Notes: a model not told the origin generated them from the sequence alone. DNA of 41,749 nt from Candidatus Pelagibacter sp. (GCA_002689245.1 NZFE01000023.1:1-41749), one strand, 5' to 3'; positions 7,729 to 18,510 are shown, counted from the first letter of the stretch. Translations and numbers: made by a program.

Positions 7729-9797
7729 TTAAATATCTAAATTTGCTACATCCAATGCGTTGCTTGTGATAAATTCTCTTCTTGGAGCAACCTCATCACC
7801 CATTAAAATACTTATTATTTTTTGGTCTTCTTTTGATTTCTCTTTTGTTCCATTAGAATATTGAACCTTAAGTAAATTTCTGTTGTCAGGGTTCAAAGTT
7901 GTTTGCCATAATTCTTCAGGATTCATTTCACCTAGTCCTTTGAATCTTTGAATTGAAAGTTTTTGTTTTTCTTCCTCAACAATCTTACTTAATTCTTTTG
8001 ACGATAACTTTCTCTTTTTATCTTGAGCATTGGAATTTTTAATAATGAAATTTTCTAAATCTTTCTCATCTTTCATATAAAAGCTTTTATTGCTTTTTGT
8101 TATTTTAAATAAAGGTGGTTGAGCTAAATATAAATTTCCATTTTCAATTAAACTGTTAAATGGATGATTATTAAAAAAGTCAGCAATAAGGTCCTGATGT
8201 GGGAACCATCTACATCGGCATCGGTCATAATTACTATTTTTTCATATCGTAGATTGTCAATATCAAAATCTTTAGAGCCTGTTCCTAATGCGTTAATTAA
8301 TGTTACTATTTCGCTCGATGACATCATCTTGGAGAGAGCTTTAGTCTCATTTTCAGCTGTTTTACCAGCATTCCTTCCATTAGTATTAACATAAGTATTT
8401 AAAATTTTTCCTCTAAGAGGTAAAACTGCCTGAAACTCTCTGTTTCTTCCTTGTTTTGCTGATCCACCAGCTGAATCCCCCTCTACAATATAAAGTTCAG
8501 TGCCCTCTTTTTTAGATATCTGGCAGTCAGCTAGTTTTCCAGGTAAGCCTGTTATTTCAAAACTACCTTTTCTTCTTATATTATCTCTCGCTTTTCTTGC
8601 AACGTCTCTAGCAACTGCAGCTTGGGTGATTTTTTCTAAGACATTTCTTATAATAGAAGGATTCTGATCAAACCACATCGAAATTTTGTCATTTATTATG
8701 CTCTCAACAATTAATCTGATTTCAGAGGAAACAAGTTTATCTTTTGTTTGAGAAGAAAATTTCGGATCCGGCATTTTAATTGATAGAACAACAGTCAATC
8801 CTTCCTTTATATCTTCTCCTGTAAGAGATAATTTATTTTTTTTATTATGTTCGTTAGAATATTTATTAATGACTCTAGTCAACGCACTTCTGAAACCTAG
8901 TAGGTGTGTTCCACCATCTTTTTGATTAATATTATTAGTAAATGCTAACACTTCTTCCGAATAACCTGCATTCCACTCTAATGAGCATTCTACACTGACA
9001 TTATCTTTGCTTGAGGAAATGTATATTGGTTTTTTAAAAACTGGCTTCTCGTTTTTATTAGATAAGATAGGTTTTTTTTGATTAATAAATTGAACAAATT
9101 CTAGTATACCGCCTTCATATTTGTTTTCGTATTTTTTTATTTTAGAAGAAGTTTTATCAATTAATGTAAGGCTAATTCCTTTGTTTAAAAATGCTAACTC
9201 TCTCATTCTTTTTTGCAAGATAGATGAGCTAAATTTAATCGATGAAAATATTTCTTTTGAAGGTAAAAATGTAATATTTGTTCCCCTTTTAACAGATTTT
9301 CCAATTTTTTTTAATGGTTTTAATGATTTTCCATTTTCAAATTCTATAAAATATTCCATACCTTCTCTAAATATTCTTAATTCAAGTCTTTCAGATAATG
9401 CATTAACAACAGAAACTCCGACGCCGTGTAATCCCCCTGAAACTTTGTAAGAGTCATGATCAAATTTTCCCCCTGCATGTAATTGGGTCATAATTACCTC
9501 TGCAGCTGACATTTTTTCACTTTTATGCATATCTATAGGTATACCTCTGCCATCGTCTTCAACGGTAACTGTGTGATCATTATTTATGAAAACTGAAATA
9601 TTTTTACAGTGTCCTCCTAATGCTTCATCTATTGAATTATCTAATACTTCAAAAACCATATGGTGTAAGCCTGTACCATCATCAGTATCACCGATGTACA
9701 TTCCTGGTCTTTTTCTTACCGCATCAAGTCCTTTAAGAACTTTTATTGATGAGGCGCTGTAATCGTTTTTTTTATTTAATTGAGATTGTTTAGACAT
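7729..9797 (-). CDS. gyrB: DNA gyrase subunit B, split by a 1-bp deletion in the homopolymer at 8173-8178 (probably artefactual)
   Basis: [34 protein letters not shown]; adding one T restores [25 protein letters not shown] and joins to [10 protein letters not shown]...RREFI. Confidence 0.95.
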
Positions 9798-9905
9798 TTA
9801 TTTATTAATTATATTTTTATATCATTTTTTGTTGGCAAGATACAATCAACTACTGTTCAAACCTTCTATTATTATTAATTACCAACGGTTTTAGATGATT
9901 TTTTG

Positions 9906-9931
9906 AAAAAAAAAAAATTAAAACTAATTTT
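9906..9931 (-). terminator. Weak AU-rich intrinsic terminator candidate after dnaN
   Basis: Minus strand AAAATTA-GTTT-TAATTTT running into a T12 tract right after the stop; no GC pairs. Confidence 0.3.
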
Positions 9932-11047
9932 TCAAATTTTCATTGGCATTATAACGTAAAAACTGTTTTTATCTGAATTATCAAATACCAGAACGGGTGA
10001 TGTCGAGTCTTTAAGGCTGAATATAAGGTTCTTATCTTCAATTTCAGTAGCAATGTCAATTAGATATTTTGAATTAAATCCTATAGCAATATCTTCTCCA
10101 TCATATTTTGCAGCAACAACCTCATTACCGTCTCCAGAGTTAGTACTATTAACTGATAATTTTAATTTGTCTCGGCTTAGTTCAAGTTTGACACCCTCTT
10201 TCCTGTCAATAGATACAGATGCAACTCTTTCTACCGAGCTTATAAAATCTGCAGAAGATACGGTTAATGTTTTTGTATTTTCTTTTGGAACGACTTTTTG
10301 ATAATCAGGAAATTTGCCGTCTATAACCTTTGAGATTAAACTAATTTTTCCAAGTGCAAATTTAATTTTATTAGCGTTAGCTTGAATAGTAAGTTTTTCT
10401 TCAATATTGTCTAATAAGGAACACAATTGAAAAACAGTTTTCCTTGGAACTATTATTGAAGCAAAATTTTTAATATCATTTACTAAAATACTGCTGGATG
10501 AAAGTCTATGGCTATCAGTAGCGACTCCAGTTAAAAACATATTTTTATTAGACTCTGTAGCGTGTAAATAAATACCATTTAAGTAATGTCTTGTATCATC
10601 ATTTGAAATCGATATTTTTGTTTTGTTTAGTAACGATAAAAAATTATTTTTATCCAACTCTATTTTTTCACCCTCAAACTTATCATCGAAAGTTGGAAAA
10701 TTACTAGGCGGTAGACATAGTAAGTTAAAATCTGAATTTTTTGATTTAAGACTTAATTTATTTTCAGATTTAAGAGAAAAATTTATTTCTGTACCTGCAG
10801 GTATTTTTCTTAAAATATCAAAAAGAACGTTAGCAGAGGTTGTCGTATTTCCCTCTTCAACAACCTTTAATTGTAATATCTCGTCATAAAAAACGATATC
10901 TAAATCTGTAGCTACAATTTCCAATTTGTTATTTCTTAAATTTAAAAGCACATTAGAAAGAATTGGAAGTGTGTTTTTTTTTTCAACTACACCCTGAACG
11001 AAATTTAATGATTTAAGAAGTACGTCTCTATTAATATCAAATTGCAT
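9932..11047 (-). CDS. dnaN: DNA polymerase III beta clamp
   Basis: TLPILSNV, ATDLD, TRHYLNG, ATDSHRL, IDGKFPDY, IGFNSKY, VIMPM; follows dnaA. Confidence 0.97.
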   Translation of the reverse strand: MQFDINRDVLLKSLNFVQGVVEKKNTLPILSNVLLNLRNNKLEIVATDLDIVFYDEILQLKVVEEGNTTTSANVLFDILRKIPAGTEINFSLKSENKLSLKSKNSDFNLLCLPPSNFPTFDDKFEGEKIELDKNNFLSLLNKTKISISNDDTRHYLNGIYLHATESNKNMFLTGVATDSHRLSSSSILVNDIKNFASIIVPRKTVFQLCSLLDNIEEKLTIQANANKIKFALGKISLISKVIDGKFPDYQKVVPKENTKTLTVSSADFISSVERVASVSIDRKEGVKLELSRDKLKLSVNSTNSGDGNEVVAAKYDGEDIAIGFNSKYLIDIATEIEDKNLIFSLKDSTSPVLVFDNSDKNSFYVIMPMKI

Positions 11048-11051
11048 CGGA

Positions 11052-12446
11052 TTAATTTTCTAACAAAATATTTTTAATTTGAACAATGTTTTTTTTCATT
11101 TCTTCATCTTTTTCCGACAATTTCGTTATGGTCTTTACCGCATGGATTACAGTGGTGTGATCTCTATTCGCAAATCTTCTACCAATTTCTGGCAAAGATC
11201 GGGTTGTTAATTTTTTTGCTAGAAACATAGCAATTTGCCTTGGACGAGCAAGCGGTCTAGATCTTCTCTGAGATAACATTTCGTTTAATGAAATATTAAA
11301 ATAATTTGAGACTGTATTTTGAATTTTATCGACAGTTATTATCTTTGCCTGATTAAAAACATCTTTTAGGATGTTCTTACAATCATTTGTGCTCAACATT
11401 CTTTTATGTAAACGACTAAATGCAATTACTCTGTTTAAAACTCCAATTAATTCCCTAATATTAGTTTTAGCTTCTAAAGCGATAAAACTAATAACGTCTT
11501 CGGATAAATTAATATGTTCCTTAAATTGATTTTGAATGTGACTAATTCTATTTGTAATTATATTCTTCTTAAGTTCTAAATCTGGTACATCAATATCTAT
11601 TATTAATCCGCCTGAGAGTCTTGATTTAATTCTTTCTTGAACTCTGTCAAGTTTCATAGGGGGTCTGTCTGCAGAAATTATAATTTGTGATCCCTTTTCT
11701 AGAAGACTATTAAATGTATGAAAAAACTCCTCTTGCAGGCTTTCTTTACCTCTAATGAATTGTATATCATCAATTATAAAAACAGAGGATTTTCTAAAAA
11801 AATCTTTAAAATTTACCATATCATTCTTCTTAATAGATTTTATAAAATGATACATGAATCTTTCAGCTGAAATAAACATGACTTCTTTATTAGATTGTAA
11901 TTCTAAACCTATAGCATTAAGCAAATGAGTTTTGCCTAGACCAACACCACCATATATATACAAAGGATTGTATCGCGATGTGTGCTCACATACTTTTTTT
12001 GAGTATGATAATGCTACCTCATTACTTGTACCTTTAATAAAATTTTCAAAATTTAGGTTCGGGTTAAGTCTATTGTAGTTTAAGATTGAGTCTTTTATTT
12101 CTGTAACTTTATTAAAATCCTCAATTTTAAATATATCTGCTTTATTACTTTTTTGATCTTCAATAATTTTAAATTCTATTCTGCTTAAGCTAAGTTTATA
12201 ATTTTTTACAAGTTCTAATATTTTGTCTAAATATCTTGATACGATCCAATCTCTAAAAAATCGAGTTGGCACACCTAAAATTAGGTAATCGTTATATTCT
12301 TTTACTAAAGAAATATTTTTAAGCCAACTACTATAAATTTCTTCACCAAAATTCTTTTTAAATTCAAATTGTAAGTCAGACCAGTTTAACGTTTTTTCCT
12401 CTTCTGAAACAAATATATTTTCTTGATTGGTAGATTTATTTTTCAT
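11052..12446 (-). CDS. dnaA: Chromosomal replication initiator DnaA
   Basis: YNPLYIYGGVGLGKTHL, IDDIQF, QEEFFHTFN, RPRQIAM, SLPEIG, RDHTTVIHA. Confidence 0.98.
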   Translation of the reverse strand: MKNKSTNQENIFVSEEEKTLNWSDLQFEFKKNFGEEIYSSWLKNISLVKEYNDYLILGVPTRFFRDWIVSRYLDKILELVKNYKLSLSRIEFKIIEDQKSNKADIFKIEDFNKVTEIKDSILNYNRLNPNLNFENFIKGTSNEVALSYSKKVCEHTSRYNPLYIYGGVGLGKTHLLNAIGLELQSNKEVMFISAERFMYHFIKSIKKNDMVNFKDFFRKSSVFIIDDIQFIRGKESLQEEFFHTFNSLLEKGSQIIISADRPPMKLDRVQERIKSRLSGGLIIDIDVPDLELKKNIITNRISHIQNQFKEHINLSEDVISFIALEAKTNIRELIGVLNRVIAFSRLHKRMLSTNDCKNILKDVFNQAKIITVDKIQNTVSNYFNISLNEMLSQRRSRPLARPRQIAMFLAKKLTTRSLPEIGRRFANRDHTTVIHAVKTITKLSEKDEEMKKNIVQIKNILLEN

Positions 12447-12652
12447 GATTAAATTTTGATCGAAAGTTTAAAAACCTCATTTTTAAAAAACTTTCAAGAA
12501 ATATTTTTAATTTTCTAAAAAAAAATCAATTTTGGTTGTAGACTTAACGTGATGATAGAAATTTTAATTTACAACCCAGAACAGAAAGTAAAATCTATAT
12601 TTTGTTTTAGAAACTAAATAAGCTAAAAAATTAACAACTTAAAATTGTTTAT

Positions 12653-12907
12653 TTAGGAAATTTTTTTTGAAACTTTTGAAATTTTTCGAGCGGCGGTTTT
12701 CTTATTAATGACACCCTTTTTAGCAACCTGCATTAGAATTGACTGAAACAAAGGAAAATATTGTTTAACTTTCTTTTTGTCTGCCTTTTTAATCAAGGTT
12801 TCCATGTGTTTAACGGCAGACTTGTATTTACTTTTTCTCACCCTATTAACTGAAGTCTGTTTTTTTACTCTTCTAACTCTTCTAATTGCAGATTTTGTAT
12901 TTGGCAT
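12653..12907 (-). CDS. rpsT: 30S ribosomal protein S20
   Basis: MPNTKSAIRR...KGVINKKTAARKIS; upstream of dnaA as in alphaproteobacteria. Confidence 0.95.
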   Translation of the reverse strand: MPNTKSAIRRVRRVKKQTSVNRVRKSKYKSAVKHMETLIKKADKKKVKQYFPLFQSILMQVAKKGVINKKTAARKISKVSKKIS

Positions 12908-12918
12908 GATTGTTATTT

Positions 12919-12947
12919 TGTATATATGCCCTATAAATCCCGGTCAA
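12919..12947 (-). promoter_or_regulatory. Probable sigma70 promoter of rpsT
   Basis: Minus strand TTGACC-17 nt-TATACA in the 44-bp mutM-rpsT gap. Confidence 0.5.
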
Positions 12948-12951
12948 CTTA

Positions 12952-13818
12952 TTATTTTTGGCATATTGCACAAAAAAAAGTTGATCTATTAGATATTACA
13001 GTTCTTTTAATTGTACCTATACAATTTGACCGAGTGCAGGACTTTCCATGCCTTCCGTATACATTAAAATATTGCTGAAAATTTCCTTTTTTGCCCTCTG
13101 TATTATTAAAATTTTTAATTGATGATCCACCCTTTTTAATTGCTTTAGCTAAAACCTTTTTTATGTTTGAGACTAGAGTGTAAATTTTTTTATTTGAAAT
13201 ATTTTTCACGATAATTTTTGGACTCAACTTGCTTAAAAAAATAGCTTCGTTCACGTAGATATTACCTAAACCAGATACAAATTTTTGGTTCATTAACAAA
13301 TCTTTCAAAAATAGTTTTCTTTTTTTTATATTTTTTTTAAAATAATTAAAATCAAACTCTTTTGAGAGAGGTTCTGGTCCAAGGTTTTTTAAATGTGGAC
13401 TAAATGGTATGTCTTTTGTTTTAAAGATTTTAATGAAACCAAACTTTCTAACATCGTTATAAATAAGTGTAATTCTTTTATTAAATATAAATTTTAAATG
13501 ATTGTGGGCAGGTTTTGTATCAATTAAATTATAGTAAAAACTTGTTTTATATTCATTTTTATTAGCATCAACTATTATGAATTTTCCAGTCATTCCTAAG
13601 TGGATCATAATTGTGTGATCATTGTTTAGGTCAATAAATAAATATTTTGATCTTCTGGTAATTGACAAAATTTTTGAATTGATCATTTTTTTCATCAATT
13701 TTACATTAATTTTATATCTTAAAAATTTATTACTTATTTCTATATTTTTAATTGTTAAATCATATATTGTCTTTTTAAGTGACTTTTTAACAACTTCAAC
13801 TTCCGGTAATTCTGGCAT
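12952..13818 (-). CDS. mutM: Formamidopyrimidine-DNA glycosylase
   Basis: MPELPEVE, RRSKY, HLGMTG, LGPEP, GLGNIY and a C-terminal C4 zinc finger. Confidence 0.97.
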   Translation of the reverse strand: MPELPEVEVVKKSLKKTIYDLTIKNIEISNKFLRYKINVKLMKKMINSKILSITRRSKYLFIDLNNDHTIMIHLGMTGKFIIVDANKNEYKTSFYYNLIDTKPAHNHLKFIFNKRITLIYNDVRKFGFIKIFKTKDIPFSPHLKNLGPEPLSKEFDFNYFKKNIKKRKLFLKDLLMNQKFVSGLGNIYVNEAIFLSKLSPKIIVKNISNKKIYTLVSNIKKVLAKAIKKGGSSIKNFNNTEGKKGNFQQYFNVYGRHGKSCTRSNCIGTIKRTVISNRSTFFCAICQK

Positions 13819-13828
13819 ATAATTAATT

Positions 13829-14536
13829 ATGAGTTTTATTTATGAAGATAAATCTAAACTAGTAAAAAAAGTTTTCAATAAAGTTTATGACAAATATGAT
13901 TTAATGAATGATATTATGTCGCTAGGCACACATAGAATTTGGAAAAAAAATCTTATTTCTTGGATAAATCCTTCCAAAAATAATAAAATTATTGATGTTG
14001 CCTCTGGCACAGGCGACATTGCAAAATTATGTTCTGAAAATACAAAAAGAAGCTGTGAAATAACTTGTGTGGAACCAAATGAGAAAATGCTCCTGGAAGG
14101 GAAAAAAAAGCTACACTATTTAAATAATTTAAAATGGGTTTTATCATCAGCAGAAAATTTGCCATTTAAAGATGATACCTTCGATTTTTATATAATAAGT
14201 TTTGGAATAAGAAATGTCTCAAATTTAAATAAATCTTTAGATGAAGCTTATAGGGTTTTAAAAAATGGTGGAAGATTTTTTTGCCTAGAATTTTCCAAGG
14301 TAGAAAATGAGATCTTGAAAGGTATTTATAAAAAATATTCTCAAATTATTCCAACTATCGGAAAATTTATTGCTGGAAGCGCGATGCCTTATGAATATTT
14401 GGTGCATAGTATTGAAAAATTCCATAATCAAGAAGAGTTTGCAAAAAAATTGGTCGACAGGGGCTTTACAAGTGTGGAATATAGGAATCTTACAAATGGA
14501 ATTGCGGCCATTCATTCTGGTTGTAAAATAGAATAA
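13829..14536 (+). CDS. ubiE: Ubiquinone/menaquinone C-methyltransferase UbiE
   Basis: YDLMNDIMSLGTHRIWK, DVASGTGD, FGIRNV, CLEFS; mutM-ubiE-ubiB synteny. Confidence 0.95.
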   Translation: MSFIYEDKSKLVKKVFNKVYDKYDLMNDIMSLGTHRIWKKNLISWINPSKNNKIIDVASGTGDIAKLCSENTKRSCEITCVEPNEKMLLEGKKKLHYLNNLKWVLSSAENLPFKDDTFDFYIISFGIRNVSNLNKSLDEAYRVLKNGGRFFCLEFSKVENEILKGIYKKYSQIIPTIGKFIAGSAMPYEYLVHSIEKFHNQEEFAKKLVDRGFTSVEYRNLTNGIAAIHSGCKIE

Positions 14537-16101
14537 TGATTAAAAGATTTATACAATTAATCAAAATTGCAAGAAAATTAGCCTCTTCAGGGGCTTTGGA
14601 TACAATAAACCAGTTATACAAACTACCTTTAATTTTGAAAATATTTTTTGATTTAATATCTGTTGGATCACAGAAAAAAGTTTTAAGTCATTCTAAATCT
14701 TCCGGGGAAAAGCTATGTGATGCTTTTGAAGGTATGGGAACTACATTTATTAAGTTAGGACAGTTTCTAGCGACGCGTCCTGATATAATTGGGAATGAGT
14801 TAGCAAATGATCTTGAAAAGTTGCAAGACAAACTTCCTCCTTTTAACTTTGATGAAGCAAAAAAAATACTTAAAAAAGAAGTAGGGCCTGAACAGTTTAG
14901 TAAGATCATTGATATTTCGAAACCAATTGCTGCAGCTTCCATTGCCCAAGTTCATTTAGCTAGAATAAACGTGAATGATAAAGAAAAAGAGGTGGCTATT
15001 AAAATACTAAGGCCTAACATTGAAAAAATATTTAACGAAGAACTAGATGCATTGATGTTGTTCGCTTATATTGTTGAAAATACTTTAAAAAAAACAAAAA
15101 GACTAAAGCTCGTCGAGGTAGTACATCTTTTAAGAGAAATTACCAATATTGAGATGGATTTAAGGTTTGAAGCAGCAGCTGCAAACGAATTATTTGAGAA
15201 TACAAAGAATGATAAAGGTTTTAAAGTTCCTAAAATCTATTGGCAGTATACATCTAAAAAAGTTTTAACTTTAGACAAAGTTAATGGTGTTTCAATAAGA
15301 GACCATATCGCTCTTAAAAAGAAAAATATAAATCTAAAAAATATTGCAGAAAATTTAATACAACATTTTTTACGACAAGCAGTTAGAGATGGTTTTTTCC
15401 ATGCTGATATGCATGAAGGGAACCTATTTGTAGATAATGAGGGAAACATAGTTCCAGTAGATTTTGGAATAATGGGAAGATTGGATAAATATAACAAAAA
15501 ATATCTAGCAGAAATACTATATGGATTTATAAAAAGAGATTATGTCAAAGTAGCAGAAGTTCATTTTCAAGCAGGATTAGTCCCTGAAACAGCTTCAAAA
15601 GAAGAGTTTGCTCAAGCACTAAGATCTGTTGGGGAACCTATTTTTGGACAAAATATTAAAGATATATCTGGTGGTAATTTGCTTTCACAATTATTTGAGA
15701 TAACGGAAAAATTCAATATGGCAACCCAAACCCAGCTTTTATTACTCCAAAAAACTATGGTTGTAGTCGAGGGTGTTGCTCGAAAATTATATCCGGATAC
15801 AAATATATGGAATGTTTCGAAACCTATTTTAGAAAACTGGCTAGAAAGTTTAAAAGGACCAAAGGCAACAATTACAAGCGCAATTGATACTTCTGGGGAA
15901 ATTTTAAAAAGGATACCTGATCTTCCTGATTTTATGGATAAAGCAAATCAAGCGTTGCAATTAATTGCAGAGGGTAAGTTAAATCTTACCAATTCAAGTA
16001 ATACCTCCCTTGAAATAGAAAAATTAAGATTAAAAAGTTTCAGAAATAATATTTTGATTTCAATATTAGGTGTTGTAATTATATCATTTGTAGTATTTTA
16101 A
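14536..16101 (+). CDS. ubiB: Ubiquinone biosynthesis kinase-like protein UbiB
   Basis: FIKLGQFLATRPD, AAASIAQVH, VAIK, FFHADMHEGN, DFGIMG. Confidence 0.95.
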   Translation: MIKRFIQLIKIARKLASSGALDTINQLYKLPLILKIFFDLISVGSQKKVLSHSKSSGEKLCDAFEGMGTTFIKLGQFLATRPDIIGNELANDLEKLQDKLPPFNFDEAKKILKKEVGPEQFSKIIDISKPIAAASIAQVHLARINVNDKEKEVAIKILRPNIEKIFNEELDALMLFAYIVENTLKKTKRLKLVEVVHLLREITNIEMDLRFEAAAANELFENTKNDKGFKVPKIYWQYTSKKVLTLDKVNGVSIRDHIALKKKNINLKNIAENLIQHFLRQAVRDGFFHADMHEGNLFVDNEGNIVPVDFGIMGRLDKYNKKYLAEILYGFIKRDYVKVAEVHFQAGLVPETASKEEFAQALRSVGEPIFGQNIKDISGGNLLSQLFEITEKFNMATQTQLLLLQKTMVVVEGVARKLYPDTNIWNVSKPILENWLESLKGPKATITSAIDTSGEILKRIPDLPDFMDKANQALQLIAEGKLNLTNSSNTSLEIEKLRLKSFRNNILISILGVVIISFVVF

Positions 16102-16109
16102 TCACTAAG

Positions 16110-17336
16110 ATGAAAACTAAAAATAAAAAAATTTTAATCATAATTGGTGGTGGCATATCAGCATATAAGTCACTTGATCTCATAAGGCTTTTAAAAAAAA
16201 ATGGCTTTGACATTAAATCAGTCCTAACAAAAAGTGGTAGACAGTTCGTTACACCATTATCTTTAGTCTCTTTGTCAGGAGGAAAGGTTTATGAAAATTT
16301 ATTTGATAAAGAAAATGAAGCTGAAATAGATCACATAGCTCTATCGAGATGGGCGGACTTAATTTTAGTAGTCCCAGCGACAGCAAATTTAATAAGTAAA
16401 TTAAGTCAAGGTAAAGCTGATGATTTAAGTTCAACAATAATGTTGGCTTCAAATAAAGATATAGTTTTAGTACCAGCAATGAATGTTAGAATGTGGGACC
16501 ATAAAGCTACTCAAGAAAATTGTAAGAAATTACTTACTTATGGCTATAAATTTTTAGGACCTACAGAAGGACAAATGGCATGTGGAGAGTTTGGAAAAGG
16601 AAAAATGCTTAGTCCAAAAAAAATATTTAAGGAAATCAAAGATTATTTTTATAAAAGAGACATTGTAAAAAGCAAAAAATTGAGGGCATTGGTTACCACT
16701 GGTCCAACAAGAGAATATTTAGATCCAGTAAGATTTATTTCTAATGAGTCAAGTGGAAAACAAGGATATGAGATAGCTTTAGCTTTAAAGAGAATGGGAG
16801 TAAAAACTACCTTGATAGCTGGACCATCGAATCTTCAAGTTGAAAAAGGTTTGAAAATTATCAAGGTTAAGACTTCCGATGAAATGTTTAGCGCAGTCAA
16901 AAAAAACTTACCAGTTGATGTAGCAGTTTGCACTGCTGCCGTTTCAGATTTTAAACCATCAATATTTCAAAAAAATAAAATCAAAAAAAATAAAGCAAAA
17001 GGAAGGATTGACTTAAATGGAACTATAGACATTTTAAATTATCTTGGAAAAAATAACCAATATCGTCCTAAATTAGTTATAGGTTTTTCTGCTGAAACAG
17101 AAAAACTTTTACAAAATTCAAAAAGTAAATTAAAAAATAAAAATGCTGACTGGATAATAGCAAATGATGTCTCAAAAAAAGATATAGGTTTTAATAAAGA
17201 TTATAATGCTGTGACAATTATACGTTCTGATGGTAAAATTTCTCAAATCAAAAAGAATAAAAAAAGTTTTATAGCTTCAATAATATCTGGAGAAATAATT
17301 AAGAAATTACTAATTAATGACACAAGTCTTAATTAA
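16110..17336 (+). CDS. coaBC: Bifunctional phosphopantothenoylcysteine decarboxylase/ligase
   Basis: GGISAYK, HIALSRWAD, PAMN, MACGEFGKG, GPTREYLDPVRFISNESSGKQG, GFSAET, ANDVS. Confidence 0.96.
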   Translation: MKTKNKKILIIIGGGISAYKSLDLIRLLKKNGFDIKSVLTKSGRQFVTPLSLVSLSGGKVYENLFDKENEAEIDHIALSRWADLILVVPATANLISKLSQGKADDLSSTIMLASNKDIVLVPAMNVRMWDHKATQENCKKLLTYGYKFLGPTEGQMACGEFGKGKMLSPKKIFKEIKDYFYKRDIVKSKKLRALVTTGPTREYLDPVRFISNESSGKQGYEIALALKRMGVKTTLIAGPSNLQVEKGLKIIKVKTSDEMFSAVKKNLPVDVAVCTAAVSDFKPSIFQKNKIKKNKAKGRIDLNGTIDILNYLGKNNQYRPKLVIGFSAETEKLLQNSKSKLKNKNADWIIANDVSKKDIGFNKDYNAVTIIRSDGKISQIKKNKKSFIASIISGEIIKKLLINDTSLN

Positions 17337-17339
17337 AAT

Positions 17340-18083
17340 ATGAAAATTTCTGGTAAAGAGTATCAAAGGTTTTCAAAACAAATAATTTTAAAAAAATTTG
17401 GGGTCATTGGTCAAAAAAAATTAAAATCCTCTAAAGTTCTTGTATTAGGTATGGGTGGTTTAGGATGTCCTTTGTCAATTTATTTAGCTAGTTTAGGAGT
17501 TGGTACAATTGGAATAGTGGATAATGATAAAGTTGAGTTATCTAATTTAAATCGACAGATTATTTACAATGTAAAAGATATTGGAAAATATAAAGTAAAT
17601 GTGGCAAAAAATAAAATAAAATTAATTAATAAAAAAATAGTTATTAAATCATACAAGATAAGAGTAAATAAAAATAACATCGAAAAACTTATAAAAAATT
17701 TTGATATAATATGTGATGGTACAGATAATTTTGAAACTAGGCTTTTGGTAAACGATCACACACTTAAGCAAAAAAAAGTCTTAATATCTGCAGCTGTAAG
17801 CGGGTTTGATGGTCATATTTTTAAGTTTAATTTTAAAAAAAGGACACCTTGTTACAGATGTTTTCTTCCAGAAGTTCCCGAGCAAAGTAACAATTGCGAA
17901 GCGGACGGGGTCATACCAACAATAACAGGTATCATGGGTACCTTGCAAGCTAACGAAGTTGTAAATTCTATACTAAACTTCAACTCAAATATGGAAAAGA
18001 AAATGATTATTTTTAACTCAATCAAAATGAATTTTAGAACTATCAATTTAAGTAGAAATAAAAATTGCAGTAATAAATGTTAA
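17340..18083 (+). CDS. moeB: MoeB/ThiF/HesA family adenylyltransferase
   Basis: GMGGLG, DNDKVELSNLNRQ, DGTDNF, CYRC, NCEADGV. Confidence 0.85.
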   Translation: MKISGKEYQRFSKQIILKKFGVIGQKKLKSSKVLVLGMGGLGCPLSIYLASLGVGTIGIVDNDKVELSNLNRQIIYNVKDIGKYKVNVAKNKIKLINKKIVIKSYKIRVNKNNIEKLIKNFDIICDGTDNFETRLLVNDHTLKQKKVLISAAVSGFDGHIFKFNFKKRTPCYRCFLPEVPEQSNNCEADGVIPTITGIMGTLQANEVVNSILNFNSNMEKKMIIFNSIKMNFRTINLSRNKNCSNKC

Positions 18084-18508
18084 AATTTGTTTTTATTTTT
18101 TATCTTGTTTTTAATTCTCTAGCTAGTGAAGAATATTTTTTAACTTTGAGAAATGATAAAGTAAATTTAAGATTAGGTCCATCTTTTGATTACCCTATAA
18201 AAATAATTTACAAAAAAAAATACTTACCAGTATTAATAAAGGAAAAGTCAGAAAATTTTCGAAAAATACTAGATCATGAGAATAATTCTGGTTGGATACA
18301 TATTTCTCAATTATCAAAAAAAAAGTCCGTTATAACGTTAACAGATTTGATCTTATATAATAGACCAACAATATATTCCAAACCTTTAGTGAATATTAAA
18401 ACAGGTCGTTTGCTTATAGTCTTAAAATGTAAGAATGACTGGTGTAAAATCAAATCCGATAAATATTCAGGATGGATTAAGAAAGAGGAAATTTGGGGTA
18501 GATTGTAA
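18077..18508 (+). CDS. Exported tandem bacterial SH3-domain protein
   Basis: Signal peptide; VNLRLGPS..YPI, GWIHISQLS, C...WC..., GWI; usual neighbour of irr/moeB. Confidence 0.85.
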   Translation: MLKFVFIFYLVFNSLASEEYFLTLRNDKVNLRLGPSFDYPIKIIYKKKYLPVLIKEKSENFRKILDHENNSGWIHISQLSKKKSVITLTDLILYNRPTIYSKPLVNIKTGRLLIVLKCKNDWCKIKSDKYSGWIKKEEIWGRL

Positions 18509-18510
18509 AA

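Noticed and set aside
9798-12652. oriC near dnaA/dnaN
   Set aside because: No DnaA-box cluster seen in either flanking spacer; alphaproteobacterial origins are often unlinked to dnaA
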